Assembly: GCA_013265495.1 (NCBI GenBank)
Contig: MU057701.1
Span: 1-64,000, forward strand
Origin: Vicugna vicugna
Lineage: Eukaryota
Reading direction: 5' to 3'
Length of the DNA stretch: 64,000 nt
In this document: one piece after another, positions 41,329-51,993 of the stretch
How the letters are laid out: each line of letters starts with the position of its first letter
Numbering within the stretch: the stretch's first letter is position 1
Program-made: the position numbers and the translations under genes
The notes under the pieces: generated by a model
What the model saw: the letters and a program-made list of their open reading frames with translations, nothing else
Databases searched by the model: none
What the model was told of the DNA's origin: nothing

Positions 41329-41511
41329 TCTGGAGCTTTGGTTGCCAAGGGGCTGCAACTTTGCTGATGGAGAACCACAGGAAGAGAACTGAACACATTA
41401 TTAAAAAAAAAAAAAAAGAGGCACCAGCTCAGATCGTGAGCATGTGACGTCACCCCCCAAATACACAGTCAAGATAACCTCGTATGCGTCTGTGTTTGTG
41501 TTTTTTCGTAG

Positions 41512-41646
41512 CAAATTAAAACCTTCAGATAAAGACCGACGACTGTCCGTAGAAATCTGGGACTGGGATCGAACAACAAGGAACGACTTCATGGGGTCCC
41601 TCTCCTTCGGAGTTTCAGAGCTGATGAAGATGCCAGCCAGTGGATG
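41512..41646 (+). CDS. PRKCA: PKC alpha exon 7, C2 domain, 135 bp
   Basis: ttttttcgtag|C ... GGATG|gtaagg. [44 protein letters not shown](W). Contains D246/D248/D254. Confidence 0.98.
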
Positions 41647-41899
41647 GTAAGGAAGCCTGAGACCGAGTACGTGTGTGTCAGCCAAGAGTTCATCGTCTGA
41701 AAATACTAGAGCATTTGGAGATTCAGAAAACGAGCTGGTTCAGGTCTGAAGGGACCGCTGAATATGAAGTTGTCTGGCTGTAATCTCCCCGTGGATGGAT
41801 TGCAGAAGCAGCCGGGCTGGGGCGTGGAGGGGAGGGGTTGAACCGGGGCGCTGCCGGCGCGGGGCTCTCACCCCTCCCTCCCTCCCGTGTCTCTGAAAG

Positions 41900-41996
41900 G
41901 TACAAGCTGCTTAACCAGGAGGAAGGGGAGTACTACAACGTGCCCATTCCGGAAGGGGATGAAGAAGGAAACGTGGAGCTCAGGCAGAAGTTCGAG
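41900..41996 (+). CDS. PRKCA: PKC alpha exon 8, end of C2 and start of V3 hinge, 97 bp
   Basis: ctctgaaag|G ... TTCGAG|gtgagg. YKLLNQEEGEYYNVPIPEGDEEGNVELRQKFE. Confidence 0.97.
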
Positions 41997-44900
41997 GTGA
42001 GGAGACCAGCAGAAATGACTGGAACCGCCTTTCCTTTTAGAAACCTAACGTTGGGAGGGGCCAGAATTTTGCAGTCACCCGGCCAAAAGGCAAAAAGTAA
42101 TTTAAATGTTAATCTGTTTCTTTATTCAAAGGCATACATGTCGCATGATCACCTTCCTTTGCAAGCTGTTGACATTCTGTGTCTATTACCGTTTAGAGAA
42201 TGGAGATTGGAAATATCCCAGAAGTGAGCATGGTTGGTTCCCGCATAAGAAATTGGTTTGCCTGTCACTGGGGAGCCGGGCAAGGTTGTCCGTGCAGTCT
42301 TCTCATTAGAAAGAGCGGCTTGTGCTCCTCCAAGTGGCAGGAGGGCATTTGGGTCTTAACCTGGGAGGTCGTCTGGGTGTAATTAAGTAAGCATCTTAAT
42401 TTTGCTGCAGCTCTTTCGAAAAGGCCGGCTCTTTCTCTCCCTCCCAGGGGGTATCTGTGTTTGCTTCCATCCCAGACTCGTCTCCTGTCTCCCCTCCTTC
42501 GGTTCCCCCTCTCCCCTCCTCACTTCCCTCTTTCTTCTCATCTCCCTCCCTACTTTTCTTTACTTACCAGGCATGTCAGCTTTAACGAACATTCTTTCTC
42601 TGAGCACCTGCCTTATGTTCTAAGTCACAATTTTTCCCCTGCCTGTTGGCTATTCGAGGGATTCCGATAGTAGCAGATTCAGCCTGTGTACGTGGCCAAT
42701 TCCGTTTGGAGTCTTTCCCTTCCTCAGGCTTACTAGGGCTCCCTGGAATTCCCCTCTGGTGCGTATGTGCACGTGTGTGCGCAGAGATACTGCACTGTTG
42801 ACACTAACCGGCTTCTGATGGTCCTGCTTTCCGCCCGCTGTTGTTTCCTTCTCCCAAATAAAATTTTATCCCCAAGAAGCACGTAAGTCATATCCAGATA
42901 GAATGAATCCCAAAGGATGTAAAACATAACAATGTTCACGGTGCTTTGTTTCACTGATACTTAGTTACAGAGGATGTGGATGGCAAGTACTTGAGGGTGG
43001 GGGCTGTTGAGTCTGGATGCCTTCAGGAACATAAATGAGAGAATGTAAATAAATGGCAGCTGACAGCCAGCCTCAGGGTTGGCAGGACAGTTGGGTGCAG
43101 TCAGGACTGGCGAGTGCAGGCCCATCTAAAGGTGGCAGCCTTGGCTACTCAGTACCGATTGATGGTGGCCATGCACGAGGGAGGGTCACGGCTGCCAGAT
43201 CTGCTTCTTCAAGAGAAGCCAAATGTCCAGATTATTATACAGCGTGTTCTGATTTCTTTTGCTTTTAGCAGCTAACTAAAGCTTGAACCTTGTGTAGGTC
43301 AAACACACATCTATTGTCTTAAGACACATGGAGGATTCGGCCAGTGGGGACCAGCTTGCAATCTCTGCTCTTAAAAAAAATACAGATGTATGAGAATAAT
43401 GAAGTTCTTCCCAAAGAGGCCTCATGCTACTTAAGGTGATGAAGTGCAAAGATGGAAGCTGGGGTTTGGGGGAAGCTTCAGGTACCTCTGCCAGGAGGAG
43501 CTCTCTCTCTGTTTTTTCCTTCACTTTGTGGTCTGCTCCCACCTCCACCCCACAGCAGAGGAGAGAAGCCTGGAACACCAGACAAGGAAGGCTCCTTCCT
43601 TGAGTCCCATCCCCAGCGTCACACATATGTAGGTCACACTGTATTTCTATTGGACAGAGCTAGTCTAGAACATTCTTCCCAATGAAGAAAAATAGTTCGT
43701 TGCAAGATGAGGACTAAAATGCAAAACCCATGACTTTCTAATATACAGTATTTTCCCCAGGCTTAGAAACCAATTCTTTCCAAGAGACTTGGATTTCAAA
43801 AGGTTAGATTCCCTCAAGGTTCTGAGCCCATTATTGGGCACAGATAATAAACTTTTTTTTTGCATGGCTGAGTAATTGTATTAGAGACAGGGATGTAACA
43901 AAGCTGGGATGATATTTGGGGTATCTAGTAATTTAATAATATACATTTCTAGTAATAATCCCAAATGCCTTGATGAAGTCTACTGAGATCTTCTGGTTAG
44001 TTGAAGAGTCGTGAGCAGAGGGTCAGAGGGCCACGGAAGTGAAGGCTCAGAGAACACCTCTGGCCTGCCTTTCTAGACACAAAGTCGTTTTACGTCTCAG
44101 ACTATAGTGAATGTGGGACCTTGGACTGTGATCGCATGAGCTACGTTAATTTTAACAGGCATTTTGGGAACTGGTGCCACTAACTTTTCATGGCTGAAAT
44201 ATCTTGCTTGAAAGGTTTGTTTGAACAGATTCTACAGAATGTCCATTGGTCGGAACCTAAAGCTGGATTAGCGATGGCTTCTGTCAAAGTAACGTGTGAT
44301 GTTGTGTCTTCACAGTTTCTTGTGTTTGTGACCACGCAGAACCCTTTTCAGGGTCTAAACCAAAAGAAGCCAAAATAAAATTGATAATCATAGTCTATGA
44401 GAATGAGCTGCTTTGCAGGGTTCATGATAGAGGTTCAGAAACTCCTAGAAGCACCACCCTGGCGATGCTGCAGGTGCCTGAAGGTCACCTATAGATCGTT
44501 TTTTTTTTTTTTTTATTCGGGGGAAATGTCTGAAGATTTTCCTTGTTACTGATTAACAAGTAAAATGTGATCCAATTACTATTACAGTTAAGATATTTAA
44601 ATCACTGCATTTGAGACTAAGTTCTCGGTTATATAAGCAAGGATTCTTCTGTTTTCTGTTGTTGAAATTGGATTTTCCAAAAGCCTCCATTGTCTTTGAA
44701 GACTATCTAACTCAGAATAGTCTTCGGATGAGAAAAAAAAAATAGCTCATTGGAGACCCTCAGATAAATTGTAGCTGTTTGTTGATTTGATCAGGCCTGC
44801 CCCTGTTACTATGGAAACCAGAATACGTCTCAGTTGCCCTTTGGACACAAAACAGAAAATCTATCTGCCCTGTTATGGATTCTGTTTTTTTTTTTTTCAC

Positions 44901-45789
44901 CGCCTAAATACCTTACTTAATTACTTTCTGAACTGTGTGGATGTTAAGGGGGGAAAAATCTATAAAATGCACAACAGTTAAAAAGAGATTTTATTTCACT
45001 CTTTGTGCTTCAGCTCTGTCTTAGGAGCAAAACCGCAAACTGCAATAGGACAAGGCCCTTTAGTGTCGGAAATCATTTTCACGCGTTCATTAGCTCATTG
45101 TCAACAGAGGTTAACGCTGCCACTCCACAGAGCAAACGCGAAGCCTCCAAGAGCAGCTGAACAGAATTAGTTATCAGTCTGTAAGGGAGGGTGAACACAC
45201 TGATGCTATAGCAGGGCAGCATGTTTTCAGTTTACATTTTCTTATGGAAGTGGTTTCAGTTAGGAAACCAAAAAAAAAAAAGAAAGTGCATTCCGGTCAT
45301 CTGTTCCATCAAATGAATTCCCAAAATGGCATGAAAAGCCTTGTGTTTGTGTCTATGGGGCTGGCCTCGTGGGTGGGCGTTGCTGGTTGAGGAAACAGGG
45401 CACTCCTGACGGTAAATGTTAGAAGCAGGTATCCAGGTGGACCCAGGCCCTGGTACCCACAGGGGATCAGCAGGTACCAAGGATGCTTCCCTTTGACAGG
45501 CGCTGGAAGGAAGAGTTAGAGCAGGTGTCCGTTAACATAACACAGACAGTGCAACTCAGCAGGGACACGGGTCCTTCTCAGTCCACCTCAGGCACCTCAG
45601 AAGCAGTTAAAAGGCCCTTGAAGAGAAAAGCCTGGAGTAAGGGTGACATCACACAGGATGTTTTTCCCAAGGAACTTGTCCTACAAAAAATTAGGATGGA
45701 GGGGCGGGGTCCCTACAGATGTCGATCCCAAGGATCCTGAACTCCTGGGCATCCCAGAAAAGGAAGCGGTGGCTACCCTGGCACTCTGG

Positions 45790-45940
45790 ATCCTTGCAGC
45801 TCCAGGTGTGGGGCATGGGCCAGCATCTGGGAGCTTACTCAGAATGCAGAATCTCGGACCCCATCCTAGACTTTGAATGGGTCAGAGTCTGTATTTTAAC
45901 AAATTGACTCCTGTGCCCACTTAAGTTTGAGAAATGCCGG
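45790..45940. mobile_element. MER5A-like element
   Basis: catctgggagctt...agaatgcagaatctcggacccca...tctgtattttaacaa...aagtttgagaaa. Confidence 0.65.
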
Positions 45941-45997
45941 TAGAGTGGATGTGACGGTGGGACAGACCCCCATCACCCCCGACCGTAGCTACATCAA

Positions 45998-46287
45998 ACA
46001 GTGCGGGGATTGCACCCAACCACCGGCTTTTGTATGGCCTGTGGGCCAAGAATGGCTTAAATACTTTTAAGTGGTTGGGGAAAAGAAATCAAAGAAGGGT
46101 GGTATTTGCGATACTTGAAAATTAGATGAAATTCCAATTTCAGTGTCCGTAAAGTGTTATTAACACACCCGTGTTCCTTCAGTCCCTTACTGGCCGGGGT
46201 TGCCTTCGTGCTACAAGAGCAGAGTTGGGTCACTGTGATGGGGACTGTGGCCCATGAAGCCTAAAATATGTGCTCTCTGGTCCTTTA
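45998..46287. mobile_element. MER58B-like element
   Basis: gaaaattagatgaaattccaatttcagtgtcc...aagcctaaaatat...ctggtcctttacagaagtttactgacccctg. Confidence 0.7.
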
Positions 46288-49200
46288 CAGAAGTTTACTG
46301 ACCCCTGGAATAATGAAGTAATGGAATATTAAAACCAGGAGGGATGCTTGAAACCATCTTTATTTGTGGGGAAACAGAAGCACAGAAGGAATTTCAAGCT
46401 CTCCTGTCTAGGATGAGGCTTCTCTCTCATTTCCTGGTCCTGGGCCCCACCCCACCTCCCCCCCACCTCTCCCGCGCCCCACCAGGCACACCCGCCCCAC
46501 TTTTAACATCCCACTCATGCTCTTTCAAGCATCTCAGAACTTACTTATGGTCCCTCAGAAAGACCCTCCCCTCCCCTCCACTTCCCTCTGTCTCAGGCTC
46601 TTCAGCTCCTACCCATTTTTCATCATTCTCAAGCCTTTGAAACTGGTGTGAAACCTCCCAATGCAAAACTAAAGACTGTGCACTTGCCGGACACACCTGT
46701 AAGGTGGGTCACCTTCATGTTTCCTGAGTAAGAACTTTGGGTCCTGCTCCAAATGCTTCAGAATCTAAACATCAGGCCCTGTGAGGAATCCACCTTTCAA
46801 TGACTTCCCTCCACATCGCAGGGGAGGATGTCCGAGCCCACGTACCCAGGGAGGTGGTGGAAGCTGTCCAGGGCGGAGACAGCCTCCCTCCCCTTACACG
46901 CTCAGATCCCTTGAACAGTCAGGGAGAACCCGTCTAGTGATGAATATGGTCGCTCTTGGAGATGGACCAGCTCCTTTCCCACATTTCTGTGGCCACAGAA
47001 ATGGGTGGCTCTGGAAATCTCAGCTGGTGAACCCCACGTCTGCTCCGTGTCAAGCACTGTTCCGGGGGTGGAGAGTTAAGACGTGAACCTTGTTCTTAAG
47101 AATTCTGCTGAGTAGTCACAGGGGACGTGGGACCTTCTACTTTGTCTGCGCCGTGTGGATAATGTTCCCGACTCCCACCATGGAGGGAGAGCAGACTGTC
47201 TGCTCAGCTCTCACCCAGTAGCTAACATAGGTGAGCAGGGATCTGACTCAGGCCGCCAGTCGGTTCCCTGTCCAGGTACCAGTATCTCCAGCTCCAGGGA
47301 CATGAATCCAGCCCCACTGCTGAAAAGATCACGGCTCGCATAGGTGACGTGGCATGAACTTGGGACCACAGACGCTTCGGAGAACTCAAGACTGCAGCTC
47401 CCGAGATGAGGCTGGGAGCCTGTGGCTGGGGTGCTCGTGGGGGGGTTATTTCAGTTTTCTTGATGGTTTTTGTTCGTGTTCTTAAATGAGGTCTCCTAGC
47501 GCTTTAAGACTGTGGCTTTGCCTGTGCTTCTCCCCCGGCGCATCAAACCAGCCACGTGGGGTCCTGGAGTGTCATGGCTCAGGAACCCAGTGAATTCAGC
47601 GGCTGTTGTGTCTTCAGCACTTCACTGAAGACCAGGTAGTTAACGTTTAGGCTAATTGCGGCTGACGTTGACCTGTTCGCTTGGAGCAGAGGGGTTTTGC
47701 TTCCTCACCTCCCACCCCGACATCCGGGCGTGTGGTCCGGAAAGTGTTCCCGCAGAGCTCCTGCAGGTGTGTGCAGAGGAATCAGGCTGATTCACTTCAA
47801 AAGCCTCCCCTTTGATTTTTTTTTTTCCAGGAAGGAGATTTGGGTTGATTTGTTATGTCCAAGCCTGAATACAGCTTAGAGTTCTTTCTGGGTCCATTGA
47901 AGACTAAGAATAACTTTCCAGTGGCTGCTGGCAGGCTGCGAAGCTGCAGGGCAAGTGTGTGCAAGTGTCCGTCCCTGCTGGAGGGTTTTTGTCTTCCCGT
48001 AGAATCAGGAGACCTATTGCAGACAGGAGTCGGAGGTAGGGCCCTTCTAAAGCCATGTTAGGTGCATCTCAAAGCATCTCAGCCAGTCCGGAGACCTCGG
48101 AACCTAGAGGATTCAAGCCAAGATTAGGCAACTCTATCAGAGAAGTGCAGGAGAAAGGCACGCTTCAGCTTCCTCTGAGGTTCTTTCCAACCCCAGGATT
48201 CCAGTAAGGATGTTTTTCTTGCTCTTGGTAGTTCCCTTTAATCTTGACATGGATTAAGATCTCTAGCCTAAAATAGAGCTTTTGGGGATTGGAAAAAGAT
48301 GGCCTATTTAGAGAATCATTATAAATAGACGTTGTGATTGCAGATTTAAAGGACCATAATTATAAGATGTAATAGAAGATAGTCGGTTCAGACCTGTCTG
48401 AAAGAGATGTGAAATTCACAGTTTGACCAGCATCCTATCTTAGCAGCCTTCCCAGTACAAAGTGTAATCTGCTTGTCTCTGATCTCTCTGCTCAGGCTCA
48501 GGGATGTTGTGGCCCTTTCAGGATGTGGAATTTGGGGTCAGAAGATCAGCCTCTCTCTCACATTTTTTTCCCTGGAGCTGATACACGCACTGTCTCAACC
48601 TGTAGACTTGTGACTGCGTGTATAGAATTCTCCATTAAGATGGTTTCAACTTGCTCTTCTCACGTTAGTACTTGAAAAAGTAAAGTTATCCAGTCGTGGT
48701 GGGTTATTTGAGACAGAAGTTAAAAGATTACAAGAAGTATATACCTCAAGAGGAAAACTTGGTTACCTGGCATTCGGTCAACCAGAGCTTGGTTAACCAG
48801 CTGCTCGGCTTGGCTAACCAGTTCATGTTTCACCAGTAATCTCAGGCTCTTCCAGATTCTGAAGAGCCTTCTGCATCATCGAGAAAAAAATAGATTTTGT
48901 TACAAATAGCTTTAATGGTAAGAGGGTTTGGTTTTATGCTCATTTATGGAATAACAGCTATCTATGTCAAGGTAACTGGCTGTTACTATGGCAGACACTT
49001 AATTAACCGGTTCCCCAGTACCTCATCACCCCACCATATCGACTGGCCAGAAGCAAAAGAAACACACACGCATGTAGTGGAGCTGTTGACGTGACGCCAT
49101 GTCTGGCCGTAGAAATGCCACGAGGAAGAAGAGGGAAGGGTCTTGGCCCCGTGTGGCTTGACACTGTTCACACGGGAAAGCGTTCCTGCCCCTGCAAGGG

Positions 49201-51129
49201 CCCCAGCTCCCCTGCAGCTGGCGAGCCCTGAGCAGCATCCTGCTCACCTAGCAGCATTTCCTCCCTCTCCTATCTTTTCCAGGTTTGTGACGTCCGCTCC
49301 TTGAAGGTAGTGCCTCCACCACTCTGTCCTTCTCCGTCTTTCCTTCCACAAAAACGTCCACCCTGGTTTTTATAGCCCTGCCAAGCCTGAGCCCCAAGCC
49401 GTGCGCTCCACTCTTAAGGATGTGCTGTGTGTTCTGGTGGCTTGAAAACTCACACCCACTGCTGTCCTCATCTGTGTGCTCCCGTCCAGGCGGCCACGGC
49501 CCTCCAGCCAGGAAAACCTTGTGTGTTGATCACCCAGGGAGTGGCCCAGCCCTCCCCCATCTTCAGATCAGGTTCCTTTAAAATTTTACCAAGGAAAGAT
49601 TGAAATCTCCTACCAGAGATGAAAGATAAGTTCAAGTCTGTTTTGAAAGCATCAAACGAGCGGAAAGAGTGCATCTTTAAATTGACAGCACACCTTCCTT
49701 TTTGTTAATATGTATTTCTAATCACAGATTGACTCATTTTCAGTCTTACCAAGCACACATCCACATTAGCATGTAATCAGTACGGTGTTCTTACACCACG
49801 TGTGTGCGTCGATCTGGAAGGTGTAGTGTAAATACATCACGGGCTGAAATCATCAGATCGTCCTGACGTTCTTAATGCTGGCTTAATGCTACTCACTACA
49901 TTTCATTTTTTGTCATTTTTTTCTATTTCTTCCCAACGCACTTAATTGTCGTAACCTAATCAACCATCCTATTCCCCCAAACGACCCAATGGAACTGTGC
50001 AACTTGCATGTAAATTATTTTAAAAATCTGGTCGATTGTCATTTCTGACAACACCGCTGCCTTTGGGGGAGCTGGCTGGGGGGCCACGCACCAGCTGTGT
50101 TCTCAGTGCACTGCTTTTGTTAATCATTAAAATCGGCTGGGGATTGTTACAGCACATTCGTGTTGGAACCAAGAGGGGAATTTAATCACTCAAATACTTG
50201 GGTGGAGAATTTGCACGGGAAAATCCCACCCCCTTCCCTAAGCTAGCATCAACAGATAATAGACTCTCAAAAACACTGCACTAAAGAAAACATCTAAATA
50301 ATGTTTTACCATCTCTCATCTTTAAAACTTGTATGTGACACTACAAATATGTCCCCTGGAGGGGCCACCAGAGGTTAGCAGCCCTGAGTTATTGGAAATG
50401 AGGAAGAAGAAAAATACTCTTTGAGTTTTCACAAATCTTACAGAGTGTGGTAACTGTCATGTGTGAGAACGTCTGCCTTTCAAGACTCCTCTTGTCACTG
50501 CCCTCCTGTTGTTTGTTCTTTAAAACCCTGTCACACGATGTGTTCAGTGTGGAGACACGTCTCCAGAAGTCGGCCACTCTTGAGTACACTGAGCCCCTGG
50601 GCGATTTCTTCCCTCAGAGTAAAAACATTGTGCGTCCTCGGAGCAGGCAGACACCTCTTGACCATTCCAGGACATGGAGACGGTGCCTGCTTAAAAGCAA
50701 ATAAATCACCCATCACCTGATACCTTGTCCTTTCAGAGGACACCTCTCCTCTGATGAAATGAACTCACCCTTGGGTCCACAGATCCTAACTGTGACCCAA
50801 ACCCAAACATGTCTTGCCTGTGTGGAGCAATGTGCCTGTACAACATGGTTTTGTCTCTGCTACTGTGGGAAATTTTGTTACTCCAGGGACAAATAATATA
50901 CGTATTTTAGGGCTGTATTTCCCAACATGTAGGAAAAGCTGGTGAAAAAAAAAAATGTGGCTGGAAAGGGAATTAGAGAAAACACAGAAAAAAGGATTAG
51001 GGCAAGGGCTTCACCTCCCTGGGTCCCCTCCTGGCAGGTAATGGTGGTCCCTCCAGCCCCGGGGAGGGGCTGTCCCCGCTTTGCCCCCCTGCTGGACAGC
51101 GCCACTCTCAACTGTCACCCCCAAGGAAG

Positions 51130-51345
51130 CAGCACTGGGTGGTGGCGAAGCGCCAGGCTGCCTGAGTTCAAATCCCAGCTCCACCAACCCCGAGATGTGT
51201 GGCCTGGGGCCACTTAGCCCCTCTCTCTCCCCTCAGTTTCTCCATCTCTGAAATGGGGCTGGTTAGAGTACATCCCTCCTCGGTTGTTCAGAGGATTAAA
51301 GGGATAAATATAAAAAGTGCTTACAGCAAAGCCTGGCTGCATAAG
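51130..51345 (+). mobile_element. MIR SINE fragment
   Basis: gcctgagttcaaatcccagctccac...cctcagtttctccatctctgaaatgggg...gaggattaaa...aaagtgcttacagca. Confidence 0.75.
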
Positions 51346-51746
51346 TGTTTGCTGCTGCTGTTCCTCTCAGCATCCTCCCTACTTCCCAGCCCCAGGGATC
51401 GCCAGGTCGGGGTCCATCCCTCGCGGAAGAGCCGCTGGGCATCACTGTTTTCTGAGAAGCCATCTCCAATTTAAAGGAACCACTCGCCTCCCAGTTGGGA
51501 GACCCCGGTTTGCATTCCGCACCCTTCGTAGGGGAACAGCGCCCCCACCAGCCCGCCCACAGCAGTGCCGCGAGACCGTCCCGAGTTCACTTAAAAATAG
51601 GATCAAGAGGTGCCGGGCAGCAGGCCTTTTTCAGCACGCTTCGTGTTGAGCATGGTTTTTATGTTTCCTGTGCCTTTGTTTGTGGGTCTCAGAGCAAGAA
51701 ACAGATTATCCTCCCTGAGAAGGAAAATATCCCCTGTATGCGGGAA

Positions 51747-51993
51747 GTTCACCCTGACCCGGGCAGTGGAGGTGGGGGTCCACCCTGGCCCGGGCAGTGG
51801 AGGTGGGGGTTCACCCTGGCCCGGGCAGTGGAGGTGGGGGTCCACCCTGGCCCGGGCAGTGGAGGTGGGGGTTCACCCTGGCCCGGGCAGTGGAGGTGGG
51901 GGTCCACCCTTGCCCGGGCAGTGGAGGTGGGGGTCCACCCTGTCCCGGTCAGTGAAGGTGGGGGTTCACCCTGGCCTGGGCAGTGGAGGTGGG
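51747..51993. repeat. Minisatellite (VNTR), 8 x 31 bp
   Basis: Unit gt(t/c)caccctggcccgggcagtggaggtgggg. Copies start at 51747, 51778, 51809, 51840, 51871, 51902, 51933 and 51964. Confidence 0.97.

Noticed and set aside
42480..42562. CT-rich polypyrimidine tract as an H-DNA element
   Set aside because: The tract is interrupted and lacks a clear mirror repeat. It is ordinary low-complexity sequence.
47815..48041. Strong acceptor tttttttttccag at 47830 with donor GAG|gtaggg at 48036
   Set aside because: The 205-nt segment is out of frame and the acceptor derives from a simple poly-T run. There is no other support.
51747..51993. CRISPR-like array of 31-bp repeats
   Set aside because: Units are head-to-tail with no unique spacers, there are no cas genes, and the context is a mammalian intron.
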